Shown: positions 27,139 to 37,501, numbered from the stretch's first letter. The stretch is 64,000 bases of DNA from Cyanobacteriota bacterium (GCA_046052125.1 JBJOMY010000003.1:64001-128000); one strand, 5' to 3'. The notes: generated by a model not told the origin, from the sequence alone. A program made the numbers and translations.

Positions 27139-29337
27139 ATGACGCCTGCGTTGCGCTGCCACCTATTGATCGGCCAGCCCGCCAGCGGCAAGACCACCCT
27201 GGCTAAAGCGCTGGCGCCCCTGCTCAGCGCCCCGGGTGAACCGCCGGCCCAGGTGCTCTCCACCGATGCGATCCGGGCAGAGGTCTCCGGGGATGCGGCG
27301 GTACAGGGCCCCTGGGTGGATATCCAACAGCGGCTGCACCAACGCATCCAGGAGTGTGTGGCCGCCGGCATCCCGGTGATCGTGGATGCCACCCATGCCC
27401 GCCGCGCTTGGCGGCTGGCGATCACCCAGGCGTTGCCGCTGCCAGCAGCGGTGGAGTGGATCGGTTGGTGGCTCTACACCGATCTGCCCACCTCGCTCGC
27501 CTGGAACGCCAAGCGCGAGCGGGCCGTGCCCGTGCCGGTGATCCAGGAGATGGCGGCCGCCCTGGCCGATCCGCACTTCGGGCCGTCACGGGCGGAGGGG
27601 TTTGCGGCGATCTGTGCCGTGGTGCCCACCCACCACAACGATCTGACGGCGGTGCTGCAGGCCGAACTGACCGGGCTCGACCAGCGGATTCGCTCGGCCA
27701 CCAACCGCGAACGCAAGCTGCAGCGCCACGGCTACTCGCGGCTGCTGGATCTGGAGCGGCTGCTCCACCTGATCCGGCTGCTGAGCACCTGGCCCGATCT
27801 GGCAGCCACCGACCCTGCCAGCGCAGAAGAGCTGGAGGCGATCCTCTCGCCGCTGCCTGCGGGCGATCTGGCGGATCGGGCGGCGGCCTTTTTGGGCAAG
27901 CTGCACGGAGCCTGTTTTGCCGATGCCAGCGCCATCCGCAACGACTTGGCCTGGCTGGAGGCCAATGGCTTCTGCAGCGCCATCCCTTGCACCACGCCCA
28001 TTCAGCTGGCGCCAGCGCCGCGGGCCGTCGGCCCCATTCATGGCGGGCTGCCGCCCATGGGCGATGGGCCGGTGTTTGTGCGGGTGATGACGCTGCTGCG
28101 CCACCTGCTGCAGGTGCCCTTTGATCGGCCAGCCGAGCGCGGCAGCACCCTGCATCAGCACCTGATCACCGCCACAGAAACCATCCCCGGCGCCTACCTG
28201 CCGGGCGAAACAGCCACCCTGCGCAAGGACCTCGAGAAGCTCCTCACCCCCTACGGCTTCCGCAACCGCAACGACAACGTGCGCCACGGCTACTGCCTGG
28301 GCACGGCCGTGCTCTCGCCGGCCCGGCTGCGGGAGGTGCACAACGTGGTGCAGCAGGCGGCTGGCCGGCTGGCCGATCCCTCGGCGCAAGACCTGTTGGC
28401 CGACCTGGATGAACGGCTGGGCTGGGCTGGCATCAGCGCCGATGGCCTGCCGCCGGTACGCAGCTACGCCCGCCATGCGGTGGTCGACACCCAACTGGTG
28501 CGCCGCGACTCGCTGGCGGCACCCCGCCGCGCCGAAGCGATCGAAGCGGCGATCGTCGAACACCGCCGCGTGCTGCTGCAGCGCTACCCCGGTGTGGGCA
28601 GCTTTGCTGACAGCCCCGCCGGTGAGCTGCGCGTCTGGCCGCTGCAGCTGATCTTCCACAACGTGGGTTGGTATCTCCTCTATGAGGAGGACCAGGTGGG
28701 GCGCGAGCAGGGGTTGATCCGCAGCGAACGGCTCGATCGCCTCGCCATGGCCCGCGGCGATGGCGACCTACGCCGCAGCCGTGAGCAGCACGCCGCAGCC
28801 ATCAACCGGCTGGAGCGCTTGCTGCACCACAGCGGCGGTGTTTACTTCGGCAGTGATCTGGAGCAGCAGCATGCGGTGGCCAGCAGCTCAGCCCAGCGCC
28901 GCAGCCAGGCGCTGGTGACCCTGCGCTTCTGCTGCAGCCCCTGGGCCTTTGCCTTCATTCGCGAGGGCCTGCAGCGCTACCCGATCGAGCACACCCGCTT
29001 CTCCAAACCCCTGCCCGGCGACACTTGGTGGCATCACCCCAAGGCTCCGCACGTGCTCGAGCCAGGGGCCTCAGATGCCAGCCACCCCTACCCTGTGGAG
29101 CTGGATCTGCCGCCCTGGACCGTGGCGGCCGACATCGACCTGCGCAGCTGGCTGTTCGCCTTTGGCGGCGGCATTCGCATCGAGCAACCGGATGCGCTCA
29201 GGCAGGAGCTGCTGCAGCGCTGCCAGGAGGCGATCGCGGCCAATGGCGGGCCAGCAAGCCCAGCGGATGCCGCGGACCAGCCCTCCCAGCGGACTCCTTT
29301 TGCGAACCGCCTGCACAAAGACACGCGGTTGTTGTAG
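27139..29337 (+). CDS. P-loop kinase (AAA_33/PNK-like) fused to a WYL-WCX domain
   Basis: LIGQPASGKTT, STDAIR, VIVDATH; VWPLQLIFHNVGWYLLY...SERLDRL; WLFAFGGGIRIEQPDALR. Confidence 0.88.
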   Translation: MTPALRCHLLIGQPASGKTTLAKALAPLLSAPGEPPAQVLSTDAIRAEVSGDAAVQGPWVDIQQRLHQRIQECVAAGIPVIVDATHARRAWRLAITQALPLPAAVEWIGWWLYTDLPTSLAWNAKRERAVPVPVIQEMAAALADPHFGPSRAEGFAAICAVVPTHHNDLTAVLQAELTGLDQRIRSATNRERKLQRHGYSRLLDLERLLHLIRLLSTWPDLAATDPASAEELEAILSPLPAGDLADRAAAFLGKLHGACFADASAIRNDLAWLEANGFCSAIPCTTPIQLAPAPRAVGPIHGGLPPMGDGPVFVRVMTLLRHLLQVPFDRPAERGSTLHQHLITATETIPGAYLPGETATLRKDLEKLLTPYGFRNRNDNVRHGYCLGTAVLSPARLREVHNVVQQAAGRLADPSAQDLLADLDERLGWAGISADGLPPVRSYARHAVVDTQLVRRDSLAAPRRAEAIEAAIVEHRRVLLQRYPGVGSFADSPAGELRVWPLQLIFHNVGWYLLYEEDQVGREQGLIRSERLDRLAMARGDGDLRRSREQHAAAINRLERLLHHSGGVYFGSDLEQQHAVASSSAQRRSQALVTLRFCCSPWAFAFIREGLQRYPIEHTRFSKPLPGDTWWHHPKAPHVLEPGASDASHPYPVELDLPPWTVAADIDLRSWLFAFGGGIRIEQPDALRQELLQRCQEAIAANGGPASPADAADQPSQRTPFANRLHKDTRLL

Positions 29338-29488
29338 TCACACCTGGCCCCAACAGAACCTCGAGATCTCTTGATTCGATGCGGATTTCGCATGGTTCCA
29401 ACCATTCATCACGACGCTCCTGAATGGCGCACATCAGCGACTAAATCAAGGCCTGAGCCCAGCTGTGGCCAACAGGAGCACTTGCATC

Positions 29489-30436
29489 GTGAAGAGAACG
29501 CATGGTCCGCTCAGCTTGTTCGCCGCAGCTGCGCTGTTGAGCAGCCAGCTTCCGGTGCTTGCGGATGATCTGCCGCTGTATTGCAAATATCCGCCGGGTC
29601 GCGGACTCACTCCTGACCAGGAAGCCCGCTGCGCTGAAGACCCGGCCAAGGCCCAAGCGGCCAAGAAAAAGGCGGATGAATTGCAGCCGCCCACCTATCC
29701 CTTCTCCCGCGCCGGTTTCCTGACCGTTGAACCAACCAGCGGGAAGCAAATTGGCTTGACGTTGCTCTCCAAAGACGGCAGTGCGATCACCTTCGACTAC
29801 GGCAAGAACAAAGAGAGCCTGGTTCTGAAGCCGGCCGAGATCATCAGCTGGAAATCGGCCAATGCAGGCTCAGGAACCGACGCCAGCAGCGCGGTCAGCG
29901 TTGCCGTCGCGGGCGCCCTGTTCTTCTGGCCGATGATGCTGGCGGCCCCGTTCATGGTGAAGAACTACACCATCACCGGCTTTCAGGTTGAGACCATTGA
30001 TCGGCTCGGCAAAGATGTCAGCCTTGATTTCGCCACCATCGAAAGCCCCAGGCCAGCGATGGAGCTGCTGCGGTTTTCCACGGGCCTGACGGCAGGCACC
30101 AGACGCGGACCTGACACCACCAAACCGCTCTATGAAGCCGGACTCAAGCAATCGCTGCTTGAGCTGGAGACCTTGAAGAAACCGCTTCTGGTGGTGAACA
30201 ACAAAAAGCCGTGGTGCTCAACCATCAAGCTCAGCGACAATCCAGACAGTGCCGCCTACAAGGGCATGGTTGAGCACATCAATGCCTTGCGCCGCAAGCT
30301 GGAGCTGCCGCCCGTGCAAGACCTGGCAACCCAATCGACCGATCAGCAGTGGGAGGCCTATCTGGATTCCAAGCCAGGCCTGAGGCAATGGGCGGCGACC
30401 TACAAGCACCAGGCAGAGACGCTGAAACAGTGCTGA
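29489..30436 (+). CDS. Exported/membrane hypothetical protein
   Basis: Signal-peptide-like N-terminus, internal hydrophobic segment VAVAGALFFWPMMLAAPF. Confidence 0.7.
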   Translation: MKRTHGPLSLFAAAALLSSQLPVLADDLPLYCKYPPGRGLTPDQEARCAEDPAKAQAAKKKADELQPPTYPFSRAGFLTVEPTSGKQIGLTLLSKDGSAITFDYGKNKESLVLKPAEIISWKSANAGSGTDASSAVSVAVAGALFFWPMMLAAPFMVKNYTITGFQVETIDRLGKDVSLDFATIESPRPAMELLRFSTGLTAGTRRGPDTTKPLYEAGLKQSLLELETLKKPLLVVNNKKPWCSTIKLSDNPDSAAYKGMVEHINALRRKLELPPVQDLATQSTDQQWEAYLDSKPGLRQWAATYKHQAETLKQC

Positions 30437-31384
30437 GCGATCGGCGCCGGCATCCGCGGCGCCTCTAGTCCGAGCGAGGCCCTCGCCTCAGCAGCAAGGG
30501 CGCAGGCACTGGCTCTGGGAATAATGCACAATCTGCATCTTTTTTGCCGGCACCCTTGAGCTGCCCCACGGCGCCGGAGGCTCATGGAAGCCGGAATTCC
30601 ACCGCTACTGGCGCTAGATCGAGGGACAGCACTTGCCAGGTGGCGCGAATCCCGAACCACGCCAATCGGGCAATGGCGCAGTTATCGGTGCGCAGTTGCA
30701 GACAACGATGCACGAACTGCATCGAAATTCCGCGATTGGCTGTTGGCAATGGCGCGAGCCGGGGTCGGATTGCCGCGACCCGCCAGATCCGCAATTGTCA
30801 CAGCTACTCAAAATGAGACACGTGAGGAGACCCCAAGACCCGTTGCGCTGCAATCGATCTCAAAAGTGTGGATTATTTTTCGTTATACGGGCCCGTGGTG
30901 CGCAGCCCTCAGACTCTCGCGCCAAGTAATCACCAGCGCGCGATTCTAGGCCCACCCACCAAATATTTAATCTTTGCTTCAGGGTCTGGTTGGGAATTGA
31001 CACCACCACTGGTGGTGGCGGGTGGTTCAGGACCCCACCAGTGCTGATAGAACTGATGGGCGCCTTGGCAAGGGGCGGCACTCCCGGTCACGGCCGGGCG
31101 AAACGGGGAGTCCCGGGCTTTTCGCAAAGAAAAGGCCCAGGGAATGTCACCTCCCTAGGCCTCCCCTTGAAGGGTGCTGCTTTCTGTCAGCAGATTCATG
31201 GTGACCCATCGACCGCCTGTTGCGCGCCATTCGCGACACATCTCAGCAATTGACCCCAGCCCCTTGACAGAGCTGTCAGGGCAGGTCAATCCATCTCTAC
31301 CCAGCCGGCACTGTTCTGGTGTGGCCTGCATCGCTTCTGATGCTGCTGCCCAGTCCTGCGCTGCACACACCGGAGGTGGCCTTC

Positions 31385-31846
31385 ATGGCTGAGCCTCTCC
31401 CCACCCGCTGCTTGCTGCATCAAGTGCTGTACCAACGCACCTCGCCCTACGGCGATCCTTACGCCGTGGCTCTGATGATCGATCCTGCCGGCAATACCCA
31501 TACAGCACTTGCTTGCAGCAAGTTCTTCGGCGATCTCAACAGGCTCACTGAGTTGGAGGGCCACGAGGTGAACCTGCTGCAAACCCCCAACGGCTTGAAG
31601 CTCAGGCCGTGGGCGGAACAGTCCATCGAGGCCAGCGAGAGCTGCGATGAAACCTGTTGTTCATCGCCGTCGATGGAACCTGGCGAACTGCCAGACCCCT
31701 TGTTTGCAGAAGAAGAGCCGCCCGCAAGCAGCACGGCTGCGAGCACAAGCTCGGCAGCCTCTGCCTTCACGGACCTGGCCACCACCATGGCCAAGTTGGC
31801 GCGGGATCTCAAGCTCCCGACGGCCATGTGGATTCACCTCCCGTAG
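31385..31846 (+). CDS. Hypothetical protein
   Basis: ATG at 31385 preceded by GGAGG; followed by a strong hairpin. Confidence 0.6.
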   Translation: MAEPLPTRCLLHQVLYQRTSPYGDPYAVALMIDPAGNTHTALACSKFFGDLNRLTELEGHEVNLLQTPNGLKLRPWAEQSIEASESCDETCCSSPSMEPGELPDPLFAEEEPPASSTAASTSSAASAFTDLATTMAKLARDLKLPTAMWIHLP

Positions 31847-31859
31847 CGGCGACCCCCGT

Positions 31860-31897
31860 CAGCCCCCCTGCTCAGGCAGTCCAGAGCAGGGGGGCTG
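31860..31897. terminator. Stem-loop between convergent genes
   Basis: Perfect 14-bp inverted repeat CAGCCCCCCTGCTC / GAGCAGGGGGGCTG. Confidence 0.6.
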
Positions 31898-31908
31898 CAC
31901 CCAGGCGA

Positions 31909-32583
31909 TCAGCGCAGGCTTTCGCAGGCCTCGCCATCACCGTTGCCATCGAGATAGCTATGCCCCTGGCGCAGCAGCTCCTGGGCACGGTCGTAGGAGC
32001 CGATCTCGATGCAGCGGTAACGGCGGCCACCGGGAGTGGTGCCATCGGGGATCACCGTTGCGCTGCGGCCTCCACGGCGGAAATCCCACGGTCGGGTGAT
32101 GCCGCCTTCCACCTGCCACACCCCATAGCGATGCCGGCTGGCGCGGACTTCAGCGTCCAGATACTCCTTGGCGTTGCAGCCACCCAGGTACTGCCGATAA
32201 GCAAAGGCCTGCCCGTCTTCCACCATCACCAGGTTGAGGTTGATGTCACTGATCACCTCGGCCACCGTGCGGCCGTAGCGGTCGGTGGTCTTGACCTCAA
32301 GCGACACCTCACGGCCAATCGGCAACCGCTGCTGCAGGTAGCGCCTGGCCTGCTGGCCCCACGGACTCTGGGCCGTCTCGGGGGCATCGATGCAGGCCAA
32401 CCGCACGGTCAAAGCCCGGCCGGCCTGACGCACACGAATCGTGTCGCCGTCGCCGATGGAGAGCACCGTGGCCCTGACGCTTTGGCCCTGCACCTCAGCC
32501 GGCACGCCCACGGACGCCCAAAGCGCGACACCCAGCAGAAACCACCTGACCATCGCCGGAGTTTGCACCGGCGCCGATTCCAT
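31909..32583 (-). CDS. Secreted thermonuclease (SNase) with Excalibur-like Ca-binding tail
   Basis: DGDTI, VRLACIDAPE, DRYGRTVAEV; C-terminal LDGNGDGEACE; start at 32583 or 32553. Confidence 0.92.
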   Translation of the reverse strand: MESAPVQTPAMVRWFLLGVALWASVGVPAEVQGQSVRATVLSIGDGDTIRVRQAGRALTVRLACIDAPETAQSPWGQQARRYLQQRLPIGREVSLEVKTTDRYGRTVAEVISDINLNLVMVEDGQAFAYRQYLGGCNAKEYLDAEVRASRHRYGVWQVEGGITRPWDFRRGGRSATVIPDGTTPGGRRYRCIEIGSYDRAQELLRQGHSYLDGNGDGEACESLR

Positions 32584-32651
32584 GCAGCTCCTGCATCGCC
32601 TGGATGGGCAGGGGTGATTCACGCCAATCTGGGGCTCTGCCTCTGCCTGCA

Positions 32652-32981
32652 ATGGGCCGCACTCCCCTGCTGATCGCCCTTGCTGTCTCGGCTCTTGCAG
32701 CCGGCAGCGGTCTGGCCCAGCAACCGGTGAGGCCCCTCCCGAAAGTGGGAGGGTGCCCGCTCGGCTACTACAGCTCTGGCAGCTACTGCGTGCCCAACAG
32801 CAGCGGCAACACCCGCGGGGCGATCGAAAAGAGCGGCACCGGTTGTCCACTCGGCTTTTATTCCTCGGGCAACTACTGCCTCAGCAGCCCCAGCAACGAG
32901 CGCGAGGCGATCCAGAAGGCCGGCAACTCGTGCCCACTGGGCTGGTTCAGCTCCGGCAGCTACTGCGTCAAAAACCGCTGA
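32652..32981 (+). CDS. Small secreted Cys-repeat protein
   Basis: Signal peptide plus three CPLG(Y/F/W)(Y/F)SSG(S/N)YC repeats. Confidence 0.8.
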   Translation: MGRTPLLIALAVSALAAGSGLAQQPVRPLPKVGGCPLGYYSSGSYCVPNSSGNTRGAIEKSGTGCPLGFYSSGNYCLSSPSNEREAIQKAGNSCPLGWFSSGSYCVKNR

Positions 32982-32986
32982 TCGCC

Positions 32987-33541
32987 ATGGGCTTCCGTTT
33001 CCGCCGCTCCGCCCGCCTGGGGCCGCTGCGCTTCAACTTTGCCAAGGGGGGTCTGAGCTCGATCTCCTTGGGAGGGCGCGGTGCCGCCTTCAACATCCCG
33101 GTGAGCCGCAGCGGCGCTGCCCGCACCACCGTGGGATTGCCGGGCACCGGCCTGAGCTGGAGCGTGGAGCACAACCCCAATCGCCCCGCTGCACTCCCGG
33201 CTGGACCTGCGGCGGGCCTGCCCAACAGCCGCCGTCTGCGGCCGGGCCAGCTCGATGCCCTCAAGCAGTCGCTCCTTGAGGTGCTGCACCGGGAGCTGTT
33301 CGCCCCAGGATCGATTGGGGAGCGGCTGTGGGAGCACGGCCTGGTGAGCCGTCTGCTCACCGATGGCTCCCTCTCGGCGCGAACGGCTGGCCTGCTGGCG
33401 CTGATCGAGACGCCAGACGCGATGGAGGCCTACCTGCTGCGGGCCCAGGGCCAGGACGATGCCAAACGCCGGGCCCAGCGCTGCATCGCGGCGGTGCAGC
33501 TGGCGCAGCGGTTGAGCGCCGATCGACAAAGCCTGGGATGA
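32987..33541 (+). CDS. DUF4236 domain protein
   Basis: MGFRFRRS.RLGPLRFNF.K.GL.S.S.G...TTVGLPGTGLSW. Confidence 0.85.
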   Translation: MGFRFRRSARLGPLRFNFAKGGLSSISLGGRGAAFNIPVSRSGAARTTVGLPGTGLSWSVEHNPNRPAALPAGPAAGLPNSRRLRPGQLDALKQSLLEVLHRELFAPGSIGERLWEHGLVSRLLTDGSLSARTAGLLALIETPDAMEAYLLRAQGQDDAKRRAQRCIAAVQLAQRLSADRQSLG

Positions 33542-33972
33542 CTCTGGATCCCAGCTCCATGCCGCCCCAGGTGCGGGACTTTGCTGAGGCCGTGCGCTGC
33601 AGCCCCGGCGATCAAGCCTGGCTACGCCTCCACGGCCATGCCCTGATCGACGCCCTCATCGAAGCGGATGGGGGTTCGGTCGCCATGGTGCTGGAGATCC
33701 TGCGCTTGATGCGTGACAACCTGCTTGGTGAGAGTGGCTGGGGCTCCTTGATCTGGGACCACGATCTGGTGCCCAAGGTGATTGAAGCGACCGGATTAAG
33801 CGGCGAAGCCAGGGAACAGCTGGAGCTGGTGGCGAGCTGGGATGGGGTGTGCAGCTACGTGTGCGAAGGCCTCGATGGCGCCACCGCGCAATCACGGGCA
33901 CTAGAGATCACCGAGCGCATTCAGGAGGTCGTGCGCCTGGCCGTGGAGTTTGAGCTGGTGGATCTGGAGTAA
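33538..33972 (+). CDS. Hypothetical protein
   Basis: ATGA-coupled to the DUF4236 gene; acidic helical ORF. Confidence 0.6.
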   Translation: MTLDPSSMPPQVRDFAEAVRCSPGDQAWLRLHGHALIDALIEADGGSVAMVLEILRLMRDNLLGESGWGSLIWDHDLVPKVIEATGLSGEAREQLELVASWDGVCSYVCEGLDGATAQSRALEITERIQEVVRLAVEFELVDLE

Positions 33973-34493
33973 TGCAGCTGAGATGAAGTCCCCTTCATGA
34001 ACTCCCGTTGCATCCGATGAAGACCGGTGTCGATCGCCCTCGGCTCCTTGCCGGACCCTGCCAGCAGATCCATCGTGGCTGCAACGGGATTCGGAGGCTC
34101 CATTGATGGACGACACCCCCCCTGAGCACCAACCAGGAGTGCGCTGACGATCCGGCCCCTGCTCCAACACTCTCGACGGATCTCTGACGTTCCTGGCGTG
34201 TAGCCAAGTCGCCGTCCATTGCACCGTTCACGGCCCAGCCTCAGGTGCCCCGGACCCAACGGAACGTCCCGATTGACACCTGGCCCCAGGTGCCAGCGAC
34301 GGCAGCTCCGACCACAACTGAAGACACCCTGATCTGACGATCACGGCTGTTGCCAAGTAAACCCATCGCGCAGCTGCGCCCGACCCCCTTGGAGAGGCAC
34401 CACGGCTGAGCAGACAAATGCCCGGGCCCCGCGCTCCGGGCTTTGTTGTGGTCTTGGCCTCTGCCGTCATTCTCAGGTGCGCGACCAGCCAAG

Positions 34494-34829
34494 ATGCCCG
34501 CAGGCGACTCACCTGCTTTGCTCACCACCACCGGCCTGTTCCTCCTGACCGCCGTGGCGGAGATGCTCGGCTGCTACCTCACTGATCTGGTCGTGAATCA
34601 TCAGAGGCCGCCGTGGCTGCTGATGCCTGCGGCCTTCTCCCTGGCACTCTTCGCCTGGCTGCTGACCCTGCACCCGACAGCCTCTGGACGTGTCTACGCC
34701 TCTTATGGCGCCGTGTATGTGGCAATGGCCCTGATCTGGCTGCGACTGGTGGATGGGCTGCCCCTCAGCCTGCGCGATCTGATCGGCGGCAGCGTGATCC
34801 TCACCGGCATGACGATCCTGATGGGGTAG
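34494..34829 (+). CDS. YnfA/UPF0060 small membrane protein
   Basis: LFLLTAVAEMLGCYL, LLTLHPTASGRVYASYGAVY. Confidence 0.9.
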   Translation: MPAGDSPALLTTTGLFLLTAVAEMLGCYLTDLVVNHQRPPWLLMPAAFSLALFAWLLTLHPTASGRVYASYGAVYVAMALIWLRLVDGLPLSLRDLIGGSVILTGMTILMG

Positions 34830-34889
34830 GTGCAAGGCTGCGCGCCCAGCACCGGCCTTAACGTTGACCTGGAGGCAGGCGAGAGGCCC

Positions 34890-35297
34890 ATGCGGATTGG
34901 TGAACTCGCCCGGGCAACCGGCGTCTCCGTGGATACCCTGCGCTACTACGAGCAGGAGCAGCTACTCACCGCACCGCTTCGGAGCCGCTCCAACTACCGG
35001 CTCTACGGCAATGTTCACTTGGAGCAGGTGCGGTTTATCCGGCATTGCCGCAGCCTCGACATCGGACTGGATGAAATTCGAGAGTTGCTGAGCCTGCAGC
35101 GCCAACCCCAACAGAGTTGCCTGAGGGTGAACGCCCTACTCGATGCCAAGTTGGCCCAGGTGGATCAGCGCATCGCCGACCTGCAGCAGTTGCAACGCGA
35201 GCTCCAGGACTTGCGGGGGAACTGCGCCGCCCCAGCCACTGCAGGCGATTGTGGGATTCTGCACAGCCTCAATGCCGCGGCTCAAGCCCAGCGCTGA
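34890..35297 (+). CDS. cadR: MerR-family Cd/Pb-responsive regulator (CadR/PbrR-like)
   Basis: MRIGELA, LRYYEQ, SNYRLY, FIRHCRSLD; three metal-binding Cys (SC, NC, DCGIL). Confidence 0.88.
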   Translation: MRIGELARATGVSVDTLRYYEQEQLLTAPLRSRSNYRLYGNVHLEQVRFIRHCRSLDIGLDEIRELLSLQRQPQQSCLRVNALLDAKLAQVDQRIADLQQLQRELQDLRGNCAAPATAGDCGILHSLNAAAQAQR

Positions 35298-37447
35298 CGC
35301 AGCAATCGCAAACCATTGGCGATCACCAGCAGGCTGGTGCCCATATCGGCAAACACGGCCTGCCACATGGTGGCGTTGCCCAGCAGCGTGAGCACCAGAA
35401 AGGCCGTCTTGATGCCCAACGCCAGGGCAATGTTCTGCCAGAGCACCCGCATGGTGCGCCAAGACAGAACGATGGTGTCCACCAGCCTCATGGGGTCATC
35501 GTCCATCACCACCACATCGGCCGTGTCCATGGCGGTATCGCTGCCGGCGGCCCCCATCGCAAAGCCGATCGCCGCTCCGGCCAAGGCGGGGGCGTCGTTG
35601 ATGCCATCGCCCACCATGCCGGTGGGGCCCTGGCGCTGCAGCTCAGCAATCACCTCCAATTTCTGCTCAGGCAGCAGCTCGCTGTGCACGTGATCGATGC
35701 CGATCTGCGCAGCGATCACGTTGGCGGTGCAGGCATTGTCGCCGCTGAGCATCACCAAACGCAGACCCAGCCGGCGCAGCTGCTCCATCGCTGCTCTGGC
35801 CGTAGGGCGAGGCTGATCGGCAACGGCGATCAGGGCCAGCACGCCGTTGTCATCAGCCAGGAGGCTGACGCTGCGCCCTTGCCGTTCATGGGCCTCCATC
35901 CTCTGCTCCAGTGCCGGCGAGCTCAACGTGAGCTCATGGATCCAGCGGTGGTTGGCCAACCGCAAGGCCTGGCCGTCGATGATCCCGGACACACCACGGC
36001 CCGCCCTCGCTTCCAGGGCGTCCACCGGCATGGGCTCCGCCTTGATCGCGGCGGCGATGGCCCGGGAGATTGGATGATCGCTCCGGCCGGCCAGGGAGGC
36101 AGCCCACTGGCGCTGACGCTCAGCCGGCACGGCTGGATTGATGATCTCGAAGGCCTCCACGGTGGGACGACCGGTGGTGAGGGTGCCGGTTTTGTCGAAC
36201 GCCAGCGTGCGCAGGCGGCGGGCCTGCTCCAGATACAGGCCGCCTTTGATCACAATTCCGCGCCGTGCTGCGGTAGTGAGTCCACTCACCATGGTGACTG
36301 GTGTGGCGATCACTAGGGCACAGGGACAGGCAATCACCAGCAGCACCAGGGCCCGATACACCGCATCCAGTGGTGTGAGACCCAGCAGGGGTGGAGCCAG
36401 CAGGGCCACCGCCAGGGCCAGCACGAACACCGCTGGGGTGTAGCGAGCTGCAAAACGATCCACAAACCGCTGAATCGGCGCCCGGGAAGACTGGGCTTCT
36501 TCCACGGCATGGATGATCCGCGAGAGGGTGTTCGTGGAGGCCGTGCTGCTGGCCTGAATGACCAAGGCGCCATGGGTGTTCAACGTTCCGGCAAACACGC
36601 GGTCGCCACTGGTTTTGTCCACCGGCAGGCTCTCGCCCGTCACCGGCGCCTGGTTCACGGCACTGTGGCCGCTCAGAACCCAACCATCGAGGGGGATCCG
36701 CTCGCCCGGCTCCACACGCAGCCGCTGGCCCATGGCCACGTTGCTGACCGGAATGCGTGACCAAACTCCGGGCTGCCATTCAACAGTGGCCTGCTCGGGA
36801 GCCAACTGCATCAGGCCGTGGATGGCCTGGCGCGCGCGATCAGCCGCCCTGGCCTCCAGGGCTTCCGCGATGGCATAGAGCGCCATCACCATGCCGGCCT
36901 CGGGCCAATGGCCGATCAGGAAGGCGCCTGTGACGGCGACGGACATCAGGGCGTTGATGTTGAGACGTCCCTGACGCAGAGCCGCCAGCCCTTTCCAGTA
37001 CACCGGCAGCCCGGCCAGGGCGATGGCCCCTGCAGAGATCGTCAGCTCCAAGGCCTGATACGCCAGCGATTCGGGCAGCAACAGGTTGATCAGCTCCGCT
37101 GTTGCCGCCAGCAGCAACGCGGCGATCATGCGGGGCCAGGGCACGGCTTGGGTGCTGGATACTGCCGTGTTGCTGCCATCAACAAGCTGGGGCGGATAGC
37201 CCAGACGCCTGAGGATCGCCTCTCCTTCCTGCCGTGCTGTGTCCCCGGCCCTGATCACCAGAGTGCGGCTGGAGAGCTGAAAGCGCAGGTCGTCGATGCC
37301 GGCCACGTTCCTGAGGGCATGGCGGATCTCGTTTTCTTCATTGGCGCAGTCCATCCCCGGGATGTGCCACACCACCTCATCGGGTTTCTGGGGCTGGGGC
37401 GGCGCACAGTCGGCGCTGGAGCCACAGCAGGAGTGGGGATTGGCCAT
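35282..37447 (-). CDS. cadA: Heavy-metal P1B-type ATPase (CadA/ZntA-like)
   Basis: GMDCANE HMA domain, TGES, CPCAL, DKTGT, SDHP, GDGINDAP. Confidence 0.95.
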   Translation of the reverse strand: MANPHSCCGSSADCAPPQPQKPDEVVWHIPGMDCANEENEIRHALRNVAGIDDLRFQLSSRTLVIRAGDTARQEGEAILRRLGYPPQLVDGSNTAVSSTQAVPWPRMIAALLLAATAELINLLLPESLAYQALELTISAGAIALAGLPVYWKGLAALRQGRLNINALMSVAVTGAFLIGHWPEAGMVMALYAIAEALEARAADRARQAIHGLMQLAPEQATVEWQPGVWSRIPVSNVAMGQRLRVEPGERIPLDGWVLSGHSAVNQAPVTGESLPVDKTSGDRVFAGTLNTHGALVIQASSTASTNTLSRIIHAVEEAQSSRAPIQRFVDRFAARYTPAVFVLALAVALLAPPLLGLTPLDAVYRALVLLVIACPCALVIATPVTMVSGLTTAARRGIVIKGGLYLEQARRLRTLAFDKTGTLTTGRPTVEAFEIINPAVPAERQRQWAASLAGRSDHPISRAIAAAIKAEPMPVDALEARAGRGVSGIIDGQALRLANHRWIHELTLSSPALEQRMEAHERQGRSVSLLADDNGVLALIAVADQPRPTARAAMEQLRRLGLRLVMLSGDNACTANVIAAQIGIDHVHSELLPEQKLEVIAELQRQGPTGMVGDGINDAPALAGAAIGFAMGAAGSDTAMDTADVVVMDDDPMRLVDTIVLSWRTMRVLWQNIALALGIKTAFLVLTLLGNATMWQAVFADMGTSLLVIANGLRLLRQRWA

Positions 37448-37470
37448 GGCATCACCGGGTGCTCAAGCCC

Positions 37471-37501
37471 ACCTTCAACCCTCAAGCCACTCCAGGGTCA
37501 A
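37471..37501 (-). promoter_or_regulatory. MerR-type promoter/operator for cadA
   Basis: TTGACC-19 bp-GAAGGT with dyad ACCCTGGAG-TGG-CTTGAGGGT. Confidence 0.7.

Noticed and set aside
34864..34894. TTGACCTGGAG upstream of cadR as a fifth MerR promoter
   Set aside because: No clear dyad, and a 19-bp spacer would place the -10 on the start codon
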